64,000 bases of DNA from Rubripirellula sp. (GCA_965216875.1 OZ244207.1:4768001-4832000), one strand, 5' to 3'. Positions 30,614-40,525 are shown, numbered from the stretch's first letter. The notes: generated by a model from the letters alone, not told the origin. Numbers and translations: made by a program.

Positions 30614-31420
30614 TCAGCCGAACAGAATCTCTTTGGTTGGCTTCACGCCGTTGTCGGTTCGGCCACGGTAGAGCCCCACCTTTTGAAGCATCGCCAACGT
30701 TGCAAAGGCAGGATTGGTTGTCGCGTATCGCTTCCACAATCGACCTGGCTCGCGAGTCAAACGAAAGAGCCATTCGAGCCCGTTGCGTTGCATCCAAGCA
30801 GGCGCCTGCTCGAGCATACCTGCGTGGAATGCGAACGCAGCTCCCACGGCGATCAGCGGCATGTCGATGTGATCTTTCATCTCATATGCAAAGATTTCTT
30901 GCCGCGGGCAGCCGAGACCAACAAAGCAGATGCCCGCGCCACTCGCTTTAATCTCTTCGGCGAGACGGTCGCGTTCCTCGGCACTGAGCGTACGGAACTT
31001 TGAAGCGCGTCGACCCGCCACTTGCAGTTTCGGGTACTTCTCCTGCAAACGATCTGCGAACTGATCAAGCATCTCCTCGGTTGCACCAAACAGGAACACG
31101 GGAACGTCCTCCTGGGCCGCCGCCTGGCACAGACGCAACGTCAACTCAGGGCCGTACACACGGTCGGTGAGACCACAGCGATGAATGCGATTGAGTGCCC
31201 AACGGACCGGCTGACCATCAGGGCAAACCAAATCGAATTGGTTCAATCGATACTTATGCTCTTTGTCGTTCACGCCCGTCATCACACCGTGAACGGCCAG
31301 CGCCGTAACGGCGAGCGAACGTCGTTGCTGGGCAGCATCAAGCACGCGTTTGACGGCGGCTTCATAGTCAATCGCGTTGACATTGATGCCAAGCACGTTG
31401 CGTTTTCCGAGATCAATCAT
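30614..31420 (-). CDS. WecB/TagA/CpsF-family glycosyltransferase
   Basis: CPDGQPV, RVYGPEL, VGLGCPRQE, VGAAF, APAWMQRNGLEWLFRL..EP.RLWKRY. Confidence 0.93.
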   Translation of the reverse strand: MIDLGKRNVLGINVNAIDYEAAVKRVLDAAQQRRSLAVTALAVHGVMTGVNDKEHKYRLNQFDLVCPDGQPVRWALNRIHRCGLTDRVYGPELTLRLCQAAAQEDVPVFLFGATEEMLDQFADRLQEKYPKLQVAGRRASKFRTLSAEERDRLAEEIKASGAGICFVGLGCPRQEIFAYEMKDHIDMPLIAVGAAFAFHAGMLEQAPAWMQRNGLEWLFRLTREPGRLWKRYATTNPAFATLAMLQKVGLYRGRTDNGVKPTKEILFG

Positions 31421-32445
31421 TTTGCGGATTCAAGTTGTGTCGTCTCGTTCTTTTCGTCAGCCGACGTTTGCGTGTTGGTTGACGCTGGCCGATGGGTTGG
31501 CGTTGTATCCACCTTGGGATCATGCGTTTGCAACTGGTCGACCATGCATCGAACATCAAATGAGTCGCGGTAAAGCTCCAATGCCCAGCGAACGATTCCA
31601 AGCTTCTTTTCGCGCGACATGTTCATGGCTGGAAAGTAAGCCATGTCCGAATCGTCTTCACAGCCGAGGAAATCAGGCGGGTGCAACAACAACGATGGCG
31701 GACACTTCGTCAGGCGGCAAAGAGCCAAAGCCGACCGAAAGTACGCCTTCGCTGCGAGTGTCGAGAAGCTCGCCAAGTAGGTGAAGTAGCTGAAGTGGAT
31801 CGGTGTCCGTGAAAGCGGCATGACCGTGACCGGCATCTCCCAGAGCGTCTTTTGCGAACCTTCGACCTGTCGCACAAACGGACGGTTGGGTTGTCGCAAG
31901 GAGCTGAAACCGCCGTAAAGCTTCTTGGCTTTCTCACGTTGCTCGCCCTTGAGTCCCGACTTGAGCATGAAGACGGCTCGTGCAAGCGGCGCGATCGAGG
32001 TCGGAAAAATCGAAGCGTCGTAAACGTAGTCGTTTTCAGCAAGCACGCTCAAAACGTCGTCGGGGCAACTGAAACCTGGGCCACGAAATCCGAGCGGGCG
32101 TCGCCCCAGGACTTCAACAATCCGTTGCCCGGTCACGTTGATTTCGTCAGCGATTTCCTCGCTCGACATCGTGTGCATCCACGGCAGATGATTGAGCGAA
32201 TGGTTGGCCGGCTCCCAACGATCCAGACGATCAAACGACGCAATCGCATCGCAATCACTCGACTCGACCAAATCACGTCCCACGATGAAGACGGTCAGAG
32301 GCAAATCCAACTCACCAAGCACTTCGACGATTCGATCAACGGCAAGTTGCAAATAGCCATCGCGGTCCATCCAGTCGTCGCGACCGGCGGCGCGCAGGTA
32401 GGCCCACTTGTTGTCGAGATCAAGTGACAAGCTCGCAACACTCAT
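31417..32445 (-). CDS. Polysaccharide deacetylase (CE4 family)
   Basis: LSLDLD, NHSLNH, GFRGPGF, YDAS, LHPPDF; overlaps both neighbours by 4 nt. Confidence 0.85.
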   Translation of the reverse strand: MSVASLSLDLDNKWAYLRAAGRDDWMDRDGYLQLAVDRIVEVLGELDLPLTVFIVGRDLVESSDCDAIASFDRLDRWEPANHSLNHLPWMHTMSSEEIADEINVTGQRIVEVLGRRPLGFRGPGFSCPDDVLSVLAENDYVYDASIFPTSIAPLARAVFMLKSGLKGEQREKAKKLYGGFSSLRQPNRPFVRQVEGSQKTLWEMPVTVMPLSRTPIHFSYFTYLASFSTLAAKAYFRSALALCRLTKCPPSLLLHPPDFLGCEDDSDMAYFPAMNMSREKKLGIVRWALELYRDSFDVRCMVDQLQTHDPKVDTTPTHRPASTNTQTSADEKNETTQLESAK

Positions 32446-33659
32446 TTCGCACCTCGCGGACGTCTTGAATGCTCTGGCTCTTGGTTCATGACATATCGGA
32501 TTGCATCAACCGCTCCGCTTGCCGCCCACTCTGGCGTTCGGTCGGAAATCGACTCGCGACAAGCTTCTCGCATCTCGGCGATCGATTCGGACGATGCGTC
32601 CAAATAGGAATCGATGCTCCTGGCAAGTGACCCGGACACCGTTGGATCGAACTGCCAACCGTTAACGTCGTCGTCGATCAGCGTCGTCACCGCTTGAGCA
32701 TGAACGCTTCCAATGACCGGCAATCCAGCTTGCAGCGCCTCGTTGACGACAACCAACCACTCATCCGCGAGTGTGGGAGCAATCAACGCACCACTTCGGC
32801 TCATCCGCTCGCTCAACTGCGCTGGCGAAAGATTGCCGAGCATGTTGAGCGTCAGGTTTTCTGGCACGTCAAAGGTCTCGATCGAGTCCCGCAGTGGCCC
32901 TTCGCCGGCAAAAGCGAGTTGCAACTGGCGGTCCGGACGTTGACGGCAATAGGCCGCGACCTGCTCAAGCATCGGCAACACACCCTTGCGCTCGCTCAAT
33001 TGCCCAACGCACAACAGTCGACTTCGCGTTTCGTCATCCTGGCGCGTTACCGGAGCAGCGCTCGCCGAACGATCGTCGGCAGCATAAGGCAGGTGGAAAA
33101 GTTTGTTTGGATCAGTGTCAAACGATTCGAGGTACTCGCGGCACGATGGACCGTTGTAGGTCACCGCGTCGGCCGAGCGAATCAATCGCTTTCGCAACTT
33201 GCTGCGGAGCCAACCGCGCCCCTGTTCGGTCCGTTGAGACATGTAGGTGCAAAGGACAAGTTTGCAATCCCGATTGCGTTGGCAATAGAGCGAGGCACCG
33301 GCCGAACGCGCACCGAGCTCGAGCGACATCACGACATCGGGCTTGAGCGATTTCAGTTGCCGTGTGGTGTCGTAAGGAATGTGCACATAAAGCGGATCCT
33401 CGAAGCCAGCCGACCGATGCCGCCAGCTTTGACGCATCGTCCAGGTGTTTTGAACCGTCACGTTGAGGTCGGCCCAATCGAGTTCGAAGTCACGATTCGG
33501 CTCGATCGGCGTGCTAAGCAAGACATGAAAGTCGCGTACCGAGCGCGCGATCGACTGCAAGACACGAACCTGATAAAGCGGGATGTAGTGCGTTAGAAAA
33601 ACGACACGCGCATCAATCACGTCATCAGTCAAATCGCTCGACGAAGATTGTTCGGTCAC
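32442..33659 (-). CDS. GT4-family glycosyltransferase
   Basis: VGQLSERKG, AGEGPLR, DEWLVVVNEALQAGLPVIGS; start inferred at GTG 33659. Confidence 0.88.
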   Translation of the reverse strand: MTEQSSSSDLTDDVIDARVVFLTHYIPLYQVRVLQSIARSVRDFHVLLSTPIEPNRDFELDWADLNVTVQNTWTMRQSWRHRSAGFEDPLYVHIPYDTTRQLKSLKPDVVMSLELGARSAGASLYCQRNRDCKLVLCTYMSQRTEQGRGWLRSKLRKRLIRSADAVTYNGPSCREYLESFDTDPNKLFHLPYAADDRSASAAPVTRQDDETRSRLLCVGQLSERKGVLPMLEQVAAYCRQRPDRQLQLAFAGEGPLRDSIETFDVPENLTLNMLGNLSPAQLSERMSRSGALIAPTLADEWLVVVNEALQAGLPVIGSVHAQAVTTLIDDDVNGWQFDPTVSGSLARSIDSYLDASSESIAEMREACRESISDRTPEWAASGAVDAIRYVMNQEPEHSRRPRGAK

Positions 33660-33664
33660 GAGCA

Positions 33665-34861
33665 CTATTCGCCACCTCGTCCCATCAGCGGCACCACGAT
33701 TGTCTGGGCGATGAGCGTTAGATCTTTGAAAAACCCGTGTTCGTCGATGTAACGCAGGTCGAGCCGCATCCAATCGTCAAACGTTTTAGCGCGAGACTTG
33801 TTGACTTGCCAGTAGCAGGTCAATCCCGGCCGCACGTCCAATCGTCGTCGATGCCACGGTTGGCAGGCGCGAGATTCATGCCAGGGAAGGGGACGTGGTC
33901 CGACGAGTGACATTTCACCTCGAATCACATTCCAAAGCTGAGGCAATTCGTCGATGCATGTCTTGCGCAAAAGATTGCCCACCCGCGTGACGCGAGGATC
34001 CTTGTCCATCTTGAACGCAGGCCCGTCGCGGTGGTTCTGATCTCGCAGCTCATGCTGGACCTGGTCTGCATTGACCACCATCGTGCGCAATTTGTAGATC
34101 GTGAAAGGCTGACCCATGAAACCTTCGCGGGTCTGCTTGTACATCACAGGCCCTTTGTCAGTCAGCTTGATCGCAAGCATCCCGCCAACGATGAACGGAC
34201 TGGTCAAAACCAGTCCTACCGAACCGCCAACGATGTCGACCGCGCGTTTGAGCGACATTTTTGCAATTGGTCGCTCGACCAATGGATCTTCGGAACTGAC
34301 TTGGACGTCGGCGCCTTCGACGCGGTAGGTGTCGGCACTCTGGGGTGCGCCACGGTCACTACTACGCCGTCGGGAACGGTTCGATTTGGACGAAAACGAA
34401 TCTCCATCCGATGAGGAATCATCATCGGGCTCGAAACCTTCGGGATCGTGCACACGCAGCTGCAAGGTCGCCTTCAGGTTGTGCTGCTCGGTCAATCGGG
34501 TCAGACGCTCGAGAGCCGACCGGCCGCCCATTTCTGGAGTGTCGACGAGAAGGACGGCAAGTTTTGATGGCCCAATCAAACCTTTGTGATCGGTCACCCG
34601 CACATTGCGTTCGAGCAGCCGTGCCAACATCCGAGCGCGGCGGCGTCGGTGCGAGTTGCCAGTCAATTCGATCGTGATCAAGCAGAAGGGAATCGATCGA
34701 CGAGTGGCGCGAATACGTTCGCGCGCAACTTCATGATTGAAATCGGCTGCGGAAAGGAACAATGATCCTTGCCGCGTTCTCGCCGACCTTCGATCGATCA
34801 CTTTGTTGATGAATGCTCCGAGCACTTGGTGCAACCCCATGTTGCGAAACCAGTCGACCAT
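33665..34861 (-). CDS. Priming polyprenyl-phosphate sugar transferase (Bac_transf) with N-terminal degenerate GGDEF-like domain
   Basis: KRAVDI, TM segment, F.IYKLRTM, DPRVTRVG..LRKTCIDELPQLWNV..GEMSLVGPRP, RPGLT, LDL.Y. Confidence 0.92.
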   Translation of the reverse strand: MVDWFRNMGLHQVLGAFINKVIDRRSARTRQGSLFLSAADFNHEVARERIRATRRSIPFCLITIELTGNSHRRRRARMLARLLERNVRVTDHKGLIGPSKLAVLLVDTPEMGGRSALERLTRLTEQHNLKATLQLRVHDPEGFEPDDDSSSDGDSFSSKSNRSRRRSSDRGAPQSADTYRVEGADVQVSSEDPLVERPIAKMSLKRAVDIVGGSVGLVLTSPFIVGGMLAIKLTDKGPVMYKQTREGFMGQPFTIYKLRTMVVNADQVQHELRDQNHRDGPAFKMDKDPRVTRVGNLLRKTCIDELPQLWNVIRGEMSLVGPRPLPWHESRACQPWHRRRLDVRPGLTCYWQVNKSRAKTFDDWMRLDLRYIDEHGFFKDLTLIAQTIVVPLMGRGGE

Positions 34862-34936
34862 CCGTGTCGCGGTATCGATGATGCAGTACTAAGTTGTCTT
34901 GGCTGGACGGTTCCAGCCCCAATGGTCACGCGCCAC

Positions 34937-36529
34937 TTAGCGTGGCAGCGTTGCGACTTGCGAATCACCCGATGTCGCATAGTCGTCTTCGTCAATTCGG
35001 TTCTGTTCCCCGTCAATGTCGTTGTCCCCGGCAACGTCGCCAGCTCCGCCGAATTCACTCGACCCTGGCCGCATGCCGGCGGTGTCTCGCAACAACGCTT
35101 GCAGCACGCCCAACGCCAGTCCCAACAAGCTTCCAAGTGACAGCAGAAGTAGTCGTGGAGGCCCCACCTTTTTGAGATTCAGTGAAGCGGTCTGAATCAC
35201 GCTCACATCGGAGAGGTTTTGGTTGTCCAATTCGTGGACCACCCGCGCGTGTTCAAAACTCTTTGCGTGCTCGAGGTAGTTCTTTTCGGCAATGTCGGCG
35301 GCCCAGCCGAGCTGAGACAATTCGATCGCGTCTTCGTTGAGACGCTGCAAATCGGCCTCGGCTTCTTCGAGGCTGGCAACCAACGAGTCGCGGCGACTCT
35401 TCAAGCCAACACTCTTGGCCCGCGCTTTTTGATACTCCGTCTCGAGTTCTTGGCGAACTGGATTGAGTGCTTCGCGTGTGATTTCGCGGTCGGCGCCCTC
35501 GTTTGAAACGATCGCTTCACCCTCGTCGAGATTCGCCTTCAAACGTTGGTAGCGAGGATGATTGGGCGTCACCTTCAACAGCTCTTCGCCTTTCTCCATC
35601 TGTTCGCCGTAGAGCGCGGTGCGCATCGAATCCTTGGCGTTGTTGGCAAGCCCCTTGGTCACTTCCATCGGAACCCAACTATCGACCGTCGCAAGCTGCT
35701 CGGCCAACGACTTGGCGTGACTTTCCGCGTCGGCGAAACTGCTTTCGGCCGAATCGAGCGAAAGTTCAAGATTGACGATTCGTTCCTGAAGGGTCGCCTC
35801 GGCCGAATCAACGCTGAGCCAACCTGACTTGTTGCGAGCCTCCTGCAGACGCCGTCGTGCTTCGATCGCGGCCTGCTCGCTCTTGTAAATCTGTTCTTTA
35901 AAGAAGCTCAAGGAACCTTGCGCACGATGGGCATCAACGTGGTAACGCTGGTACTGAGACATCACCGCCTCAACGATGTCTTGCGCCAAAAGTGGGTCGC
36001 TCCCGCGGGAAACAACCGACACGGTGTACCCATTGCGTGGAATTGAAATCTCTAGCGATTTGCTGACCCTCTTGATCGCCTCTTCTTTGGCTAATTGAGC
36101 CGAGACTTCCTCCGCATCGAGATCCGTTTCCGCAACGCCTCCCGAGATCGCAAGGCTCTGACCTATTCGATCCAGCCATGTGCGCGGTCGATTGATCTCC
36201 TCGACACCAACGATCTCAACGGCCCGTTCGGCAATCGCACGACTGCCGACCATTTCGGCGACGCTCACGACCTCGGCTGCGCGGCTCTCTTGTAATGAAA
36301 TCGACTTCGATGGAAGCGTTGTTGGGTCGAGCGAAACCGCGCCGCGACCAAGGCGGACATACATCAATCCGTCACTGCTGTAGCGGTTGGGCCATACCAA
36401 CAACGTCCCCGCTACAATCACACCCACAACCACCGTTGTCACCACAATCGATCGCCACTGGCGCATCACCGAGCGCATCAAATCGGATGGCGTGACCGAA
36501 GCCCAAGCTTCTGCGGTGTAGCGGTCCAT
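34937..36529 (-). CDS. Polysaccharide co-polymerase / chain-length determinant (GumC-like, no kinase domain)
   Basis: N-terminal TM, P..Y.S motif, long coiled coils, PNHP, P.R + GxxxG C-terminal TM. Confidence 0.85.
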   Translation of the reverse strand: MDRYTAEAWASVTPSDLMRSVMRQWRSIVVTTVVVGVIVAGTLLVWPNRYSSDGLMYVRLGRGAVSLDPTTLPSKSISLQESRAAEVVSVAEMVGSRAIAERAVEIVGVEEINRPRTWLDRIGQSLAISGGVAETDLDAEEVSAQLAKEEAIKRVSKSLEISIPRNGYTVSVVSRGSDPLLAQDIVEAVMSQYQRYHVDAHRAQGSLSFFKEQIYKSEQAAIEARRRLQEARNKSGWLSVDSAEATLQERIVNLELSLDSAESSFADAESHAKSLAEQLATVDSWVPMEVTKGLANNAKDSMRTALYGEQMEKGEELLKVTPNHPRYQRLKANLDEGEAIVSNEGADREITREALNPVRQELETEYQKARAKSVGLKSRRDSLVASLEEAEADLQRLNEDAIELSQLGWAADIAEKNYLEHAKSFEHARVVHELDNQNLSDVSVIQTASLNLKKVGPPRLLLLSLGSLLGLALGVLQALLRDTAGMRPGSSEFGGAGDVAGDNDIDGEQNRIDEDDYATSGDSQVATLPR

Positions 36530-36953
36530 TGATGGAAGCTCTGATTGAGTAACGAAGTCGTGCCCACCCCGATGGCGGTTGACCAGATGCGGCCAAGCGC
36601 AACATTGAAGAAGTGACCGATCGTCCCGAACGTTGTCAGCTCTAGGCTATTCACGCTTTCAAACTAGGACAAATAGGTTATTTCGGGGCCTAAGTTGTAA
36701 TTTGAAAAAAGGGCAAAGTATAGCAATTAGGCGCAATTTAATGCCAAAGCCCTCCCGCTAACCTCAATCCCCGCCGCAGGGGTGACTTGGTGAACATTAA
36801 TCCAGACCAAGAAGCGGCGGTCTGCACACCCCCTCGATTAGCTACCTGAAACAACTCGCGCGATTGCTCAGCTGTCCAGAGCTTGTCGCGCGAAGTCAAA
36901 TTCATCACGACCGTCCCAACCTGCGCATCCCGGTGCCAACGGAGTCCCCTCGC

Positions 36954-37616
36954 ATGCCACTTTCACGAACACCTGAACCACCGATGCCCGATGCGAGCGT
37001 CGAGGCGTTCGAGTACCAGCAGATGGACCACAGCGAGGTGAACCGCAAATTCATCGACGAGCTATTGGCGGGTGGCGAAACCGGGTTCGAAGTGATTGAT
37101 CTCGGATGCGGTCCTGCCCAAATTGCAATTGAGCTTTGCCGACGCGATGCGTCCTACCGAGTGATGGGCATCGACGCCGAAATCGAGATGCTCGAACTGG
37201 CCAAAATGGAAATTGACATGGCCGGGATGCTCGACCAGATCACTCTGGCGCACGCAGACGCCACGTCGATGGACGAGTTCGAGGACGAAATGGCCGATTT
37301 GGTCATGAGCAACAGCCTGATTCATCACCTCGATGATCCGATCGAAGGGCTGAAGTCCTGCGTCCGGCTGGTTCGTCCCGGTGGGCGGCTTTTCGTTCGG
37401 GACTTGGCACGGCCCGATTCGGAAGCGGAAGTCGAGTCGCTGGTGAAGGCCTATACCGAGGGGGAATCGGAATTCGCCACTCAACTGTTTCGCCAATCCC
37501 TGCACGCGTCGCTGACGGCAGATGAAATCCGTAGCCTCATCGGGGGCCTTGGCATCGCGGGCGATCACGTTCAAATGTCAAGCGATCGACACTGGACGCT
37601 CGATTGGCGAAAGTGA
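36954..37616 (+). CDS. Class I SAM-dependent methyltransferase
   Basis: VIDLGCGPA, GIDA..EML, SNSLIHH, VRPGG; GGAG SD before ATG 36954. Confidence 0.88.
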   Translation: MPLSRTPEPPMPDASVEAFEYQQMDHSEVNRKFIDELLAGGETGFEVIDLGCGPAQIAIELCRRDASYRVMGIDAEIEMLELAKMEIDMAGMLDQITLAHADATSMDEFEDEMADLVMSNSLIHHLDDPIEGLKSCVRLVRPGGRLFVRDLARPDSEAEVESLVKAYTEGESEFATQLFRQSLHASLTADEIRSLIGGLGIAGDHVQMSSDRHWTLDWRK

Positions 37617-37643
37617 ACCAACACGCTCAACGCGAGACGCTGC

Positions 37644-38438
37644 ATGCGCACTTACCTGCAACTACTCGACGAAGTCTTGACTCATGGAATTGACCGCGAA
37701 GACCGCACGGGCGTGGGCACGCGTGGCTTGTTTGGTCGCCAAATCCGGTTTGACCTCTCGGAAGGCTTTCCGCTGCTGACCACCAAAGAAGTGCATGTTC
37801 GCTCGGTCATTTACGAACTGCTTTGGTTCCTGCGTGGCGACACCAACGTTAGCTGGTTGAAAGAGAACGGCGTGTCGATTTGGGACGAATGGGCCGATGA
37901 AAACGGCAACCTGGGACCTGTCTACGGACACCAGTGGAGGTCATGGGAAACACCTGGTGGGGAAACGATCGACCAAATCAAGGACGTCGAAAACGAGATT
38001 CGCACCAACCCAAAATCACGCCGCCTGATCGTCTCGGCTTGGAATGTGGCCGACGTGCAACGTATGAAGCTGCCGCCGTGCCATTTGTTGTTTCAGTTCT
38101 ACGTCGCGGGCGATCGGCTGTCGTGCCAGCTTTACCAACGCAGCGCCGATCTCTTTTTGGGCGTTCCCTTCAACATCGCCAGCTACGCACTCTTGACGAT
38201 GATGATGGCCAAGGTCACCGGGCTGAAACCGGGCGACTTTGTTCACACGTTTGGCGACTTGCACCTGTACCGCAACCATTTCCAACAGGCCCGCGAGCAG
38301 CTTTCTCGGCACCCCAAGCCGCTGCCGACGATGAACATCTTGTCGAGCCCCGAGTCGGTCACCGACTTCAACTTCGAAGATTTTCAAATCGTCGACTACG
38401 ACCCACACCCACGAATCAAAGCCCCAGTCGCGGTTTGA
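37644..38438 (+). CDS. thyA: Thymidylate synthase
   Basis: DRTGVGT, FPLLTTK, IWDEWA, LGPVYG, LPPCH, YQRSAD, GVPFN. Confidence 0.98.
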   Translation: MRTYLQLLDEVLTHGIDREDRTGVGTRGLFGRQIRFDLSEGFPLLTTKEVHVRSVIYELLWFLRGDTNVSWLKENGVSIWDEWADENGNLGPVYGHQWRSWETPGGETIDQIKDVENEIRTNPKSRRLIVSAWNVADVQRMKLPPCHLLFQFYVAGDRLSCQLYQRSADLFLGVPFNIASYALLTMMMAKVTGLKPGDFVHTFGDLHLYRNHFQQAREQLSRHPKPLPTMNILSSPESVTDFNFEDFQIVDYDPHPRIKAPVAV

Positions 38439-38451
38439 GCCGCACAACGAA

Positions 38452-38574
38452 GTAGGCCGGATCGTTTGGTTCGTAGTCACGCCTTTAGGCGGTCTGCGAT
38501 AAGATTCCGGCTGAAGCCGCCCGACCTTCTTCTACCCCGTTCCACCAATCCCACGCTCTGGCGAGCGTAGCTAC
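38452..38574. repeat. REP mosaic inside the thyA-folA pair: truncated H (38452-38463), C doublet (38473-~38520), inverted B1 (38551-38574)
   Basis: GTAGGCCGGATC, GTAGTCACGCCTTTAGGCGG and CCACGCTCTGGCGAGCGTAGCTAC. Confidence 0.82.
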
Positions 38575-38585
38575 GCCAACAAGAC

Positions 38586-39122
38586 ATGCCCCAGGACGAC
38601 TTTCAAAAGAGACTTACTGGGCCAGAAAGCCTGACTTGCGTTGTTGCCATGACGCCAACCGGTGTGATCGGTCGAGATGGCGACATGCCTTGGCGTCTGA
38701 GCAGCGACCTGCGTCGGTTCAAGAAGATGACGATGGGCGGCACGCTGTTGATGGGGCGACGCACCTACGATTCGATCGGCCGACCGCTACCTGGACGGCG
38801 AACGATCGTGATCACGCGCAACGCCGACTGGTCGGCTGACGGAGTCGATCGGGCCAGCAGCCCTGAGGCAGCGGTCGAGATGATCGGCGACAACCGCGGG
38901 TTCGTGGTCGGCGGAGCAGAAATCTATCGACTGCTGCTCCCGCAGTGCCAGTACCTTTGGCTAACCCGCGTCTGGTCCTCGGTCGAAGGGGACACGGTGC
39001 TCGACCTCGACCTGGCTCCCTTTGAAGTCATTTCGTCGATGCGGATCCCAGCATCCCCTCGCGATGACGTGCCGACAGAGTTTTTCCAGATGAAACGAAG
39101 AACAGACCTGGGAGATTCTTGA
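38586..39122 (+). CDS. folA: Dihydrofolate reductase
   Basis: VIGRDGDMPWRLSSDLRRFK..T, MGRRTYDSIGRPLPGR, VGGAEIY, GDT. Confidence 0.95.
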   Translation: MPQDDFQKRLTGPESLTCVVAMTPTGVIGRDGDMPWRLSSDLRRFKKMTMGGTLLMGRRTYDSIGRPLPGRRTIVITRNADWSADGVDRASSPEAAVEMIGDNRGFVVGGAEIYRLLLPQCQYLWLTRVWSSVEGDTVLDLDLAPFEVISSMRIPASPRDDVPTEFFQMKRRTDLGDS

Positions 39123-39331
39123 GAAGATGGGTAGGATTCTGCCCAATCGCACTCCAATCAGGCGAAATGGACGGGTTGAAGCCAATCCGATTGAGCTCGA
39201 ACCGGCACAATTTACCTGAACGACTCAGAGTGCAGTCCACATCAGCGTCCTCACCAAGTGACGCTTGATGCACAACGAAACAACCGAGCGCCGCGTCAGA
39301 AAAATCCTGAGAAAATGGTGTTATGTCCCCA

Positions 39332-39361
39332 TTGAGCAAAAAGGGGGCCAGTCGCTATATT
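39332..39361 (+). promoter_or_regulatory. Candidate sigma70 promoter of the rpsM-rpsK-rpoA-rplQ operon
   Basis: TTGAGC-N18-TATATT about 110 nt upstream of rpsM, followed by a 9-bp hairpin (39380-39401) and an AGGAG SD. Confidence 0.45.
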
Positions 39362-39469
39362 TCGGGATTCTTACCCGAAGGGTCTGCACGCATGTAGGCC
39401 CAAATTCCGAAAGCAGGCCAGCTTTTGGACGTGCCGCAACGCTGACAAGACGATTCCAGGAGTCCCGTT

Positions 39470-39853
39470 ATGCCCCGTTTGATGGGCGTTGATATCCCCA
39501 ACGACAAGCAAATCCAGTATTCACTGACCTATTTGTATGGGATCGGTTTGTATACAGCGCGAGAGGTCTGCGAAAAGCTGGGGATCGACCCAACTCGTCC
39601 GGCACGTGACATCCACGAGGATGAACTCGGTCGTATCGCTGCTCTTTTGGAGCGTGATTACACGGTCGAAGGTCCGCTGCGACGTCAAATCACGCAGAAC
39701 ATCAGCCGACTTCGCGAAGTCAAGGCGTACCGCGGCATTCGTCACCGCGTTGGATTGCCTGTTCGCGGACAACGCACCAAGACCAACGCTCGCACGCGAA
39801 AAGGTCCTCGTAAGACGGTTGCCGGTAAGAAAGGGGTCAAGGACTTGCGTTAG
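39470..39853 (+). CDS. rpsM: 30S ribosomal protein S13
   Basis: GVDIPNDK, LTYLYGIG, YRGIRH..GLPVRGQRTKTNARTRKG. Confidence 0.98.
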   Translation: MPRLMGVDIPNDKQIQYSLTYLYGIGLYTAREVCEKLGIDPTRPARDIHEDELGRIAALLERDYTVEGPLRRQITQNISRLREVKAYRGIRHRVGLPVRGQRTKTNARTRKGPRKTVAGKKGVKDLR

Positions 39854-39954
39854 TCGTTTCCGATCGTCGCCTTTGGACGATCGCAATCGCCGCCGGGCCT
39901 TGAACCGTTTGCACGAAACTCAATCCAACAAAATTCACCAGCAGAGACTTTGCA

Positions 39955-40338
39955 GTGGCAAAGACCAACAAGAAAAAACGAATTCGGCGCAATGTCAGCA
40001 ACGGGATCGCTCACATTCACGCCACATTCAACAACACAACTGTGACCATCACCGATGCCAAGGGCGACACGCTCTGCTGGGCAAGTGCTGGCACGAGTGG
40101 ATTCAAGGGAAGCCGCAAGAGCACCCCGTTCGCAGGACAATGTGCTGCCCAGCAAGCCGCTGAAAAGGCAACCAAGTTCGGCATGCGAGATGTTGAAGTC
40201 CGCGTGAAGGGACCTGGCTCGGGCCGCGAAAGTGCAATCACTTCGCTGCAATCGGCTGGTTTGAATGTCAAGTTGATCGAAGACGTTACCCCGATCCCAC
40301 ACAACGGGTGTCGCCCTCGCAAAAAGCGACGCGTGTAG
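39955..40338 (+). CDS. rpsK: 30S ribosomal protein S11
   Basis: [41 protein letters not shown] start. Confidence 0.98.
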   Translation: MAKTNKKKRIRRNVSNGIAHIHATFNNTTVTITDAKGDTLCWASAGTSGFKGSRKSTPFAGQCAAQQAAEKATKFGMRDVEVRVKGPGSGRESAITSLQSAGLNVKLIEDVTPIPHNGCRPRKKRRV

Positions 40339-40525
40339 TCCTCGACTTTCACCACCGCCGTCGCACTTGCTCGAATGCCTGGGAAAGGCAGACTCGGCAA
40401 ACCACTGCGGCGGACTGCGTAAATTTTGGCCAGGCATTGAGTGACGCACGAGACGTCCACCAACGCTGTCCCTTTCTTTGAATAAACACACTCACCTCCA
40501 CATCCAATCACGAGGTTTGATCACG

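Noticed and set aside
39123..39469. Hidden rpmJ (L36) or other small ORF upstream of rpsM
   Set aside because: No MKV...C..C-type reading frame found; the 75-aa track ORF lacks L36 features
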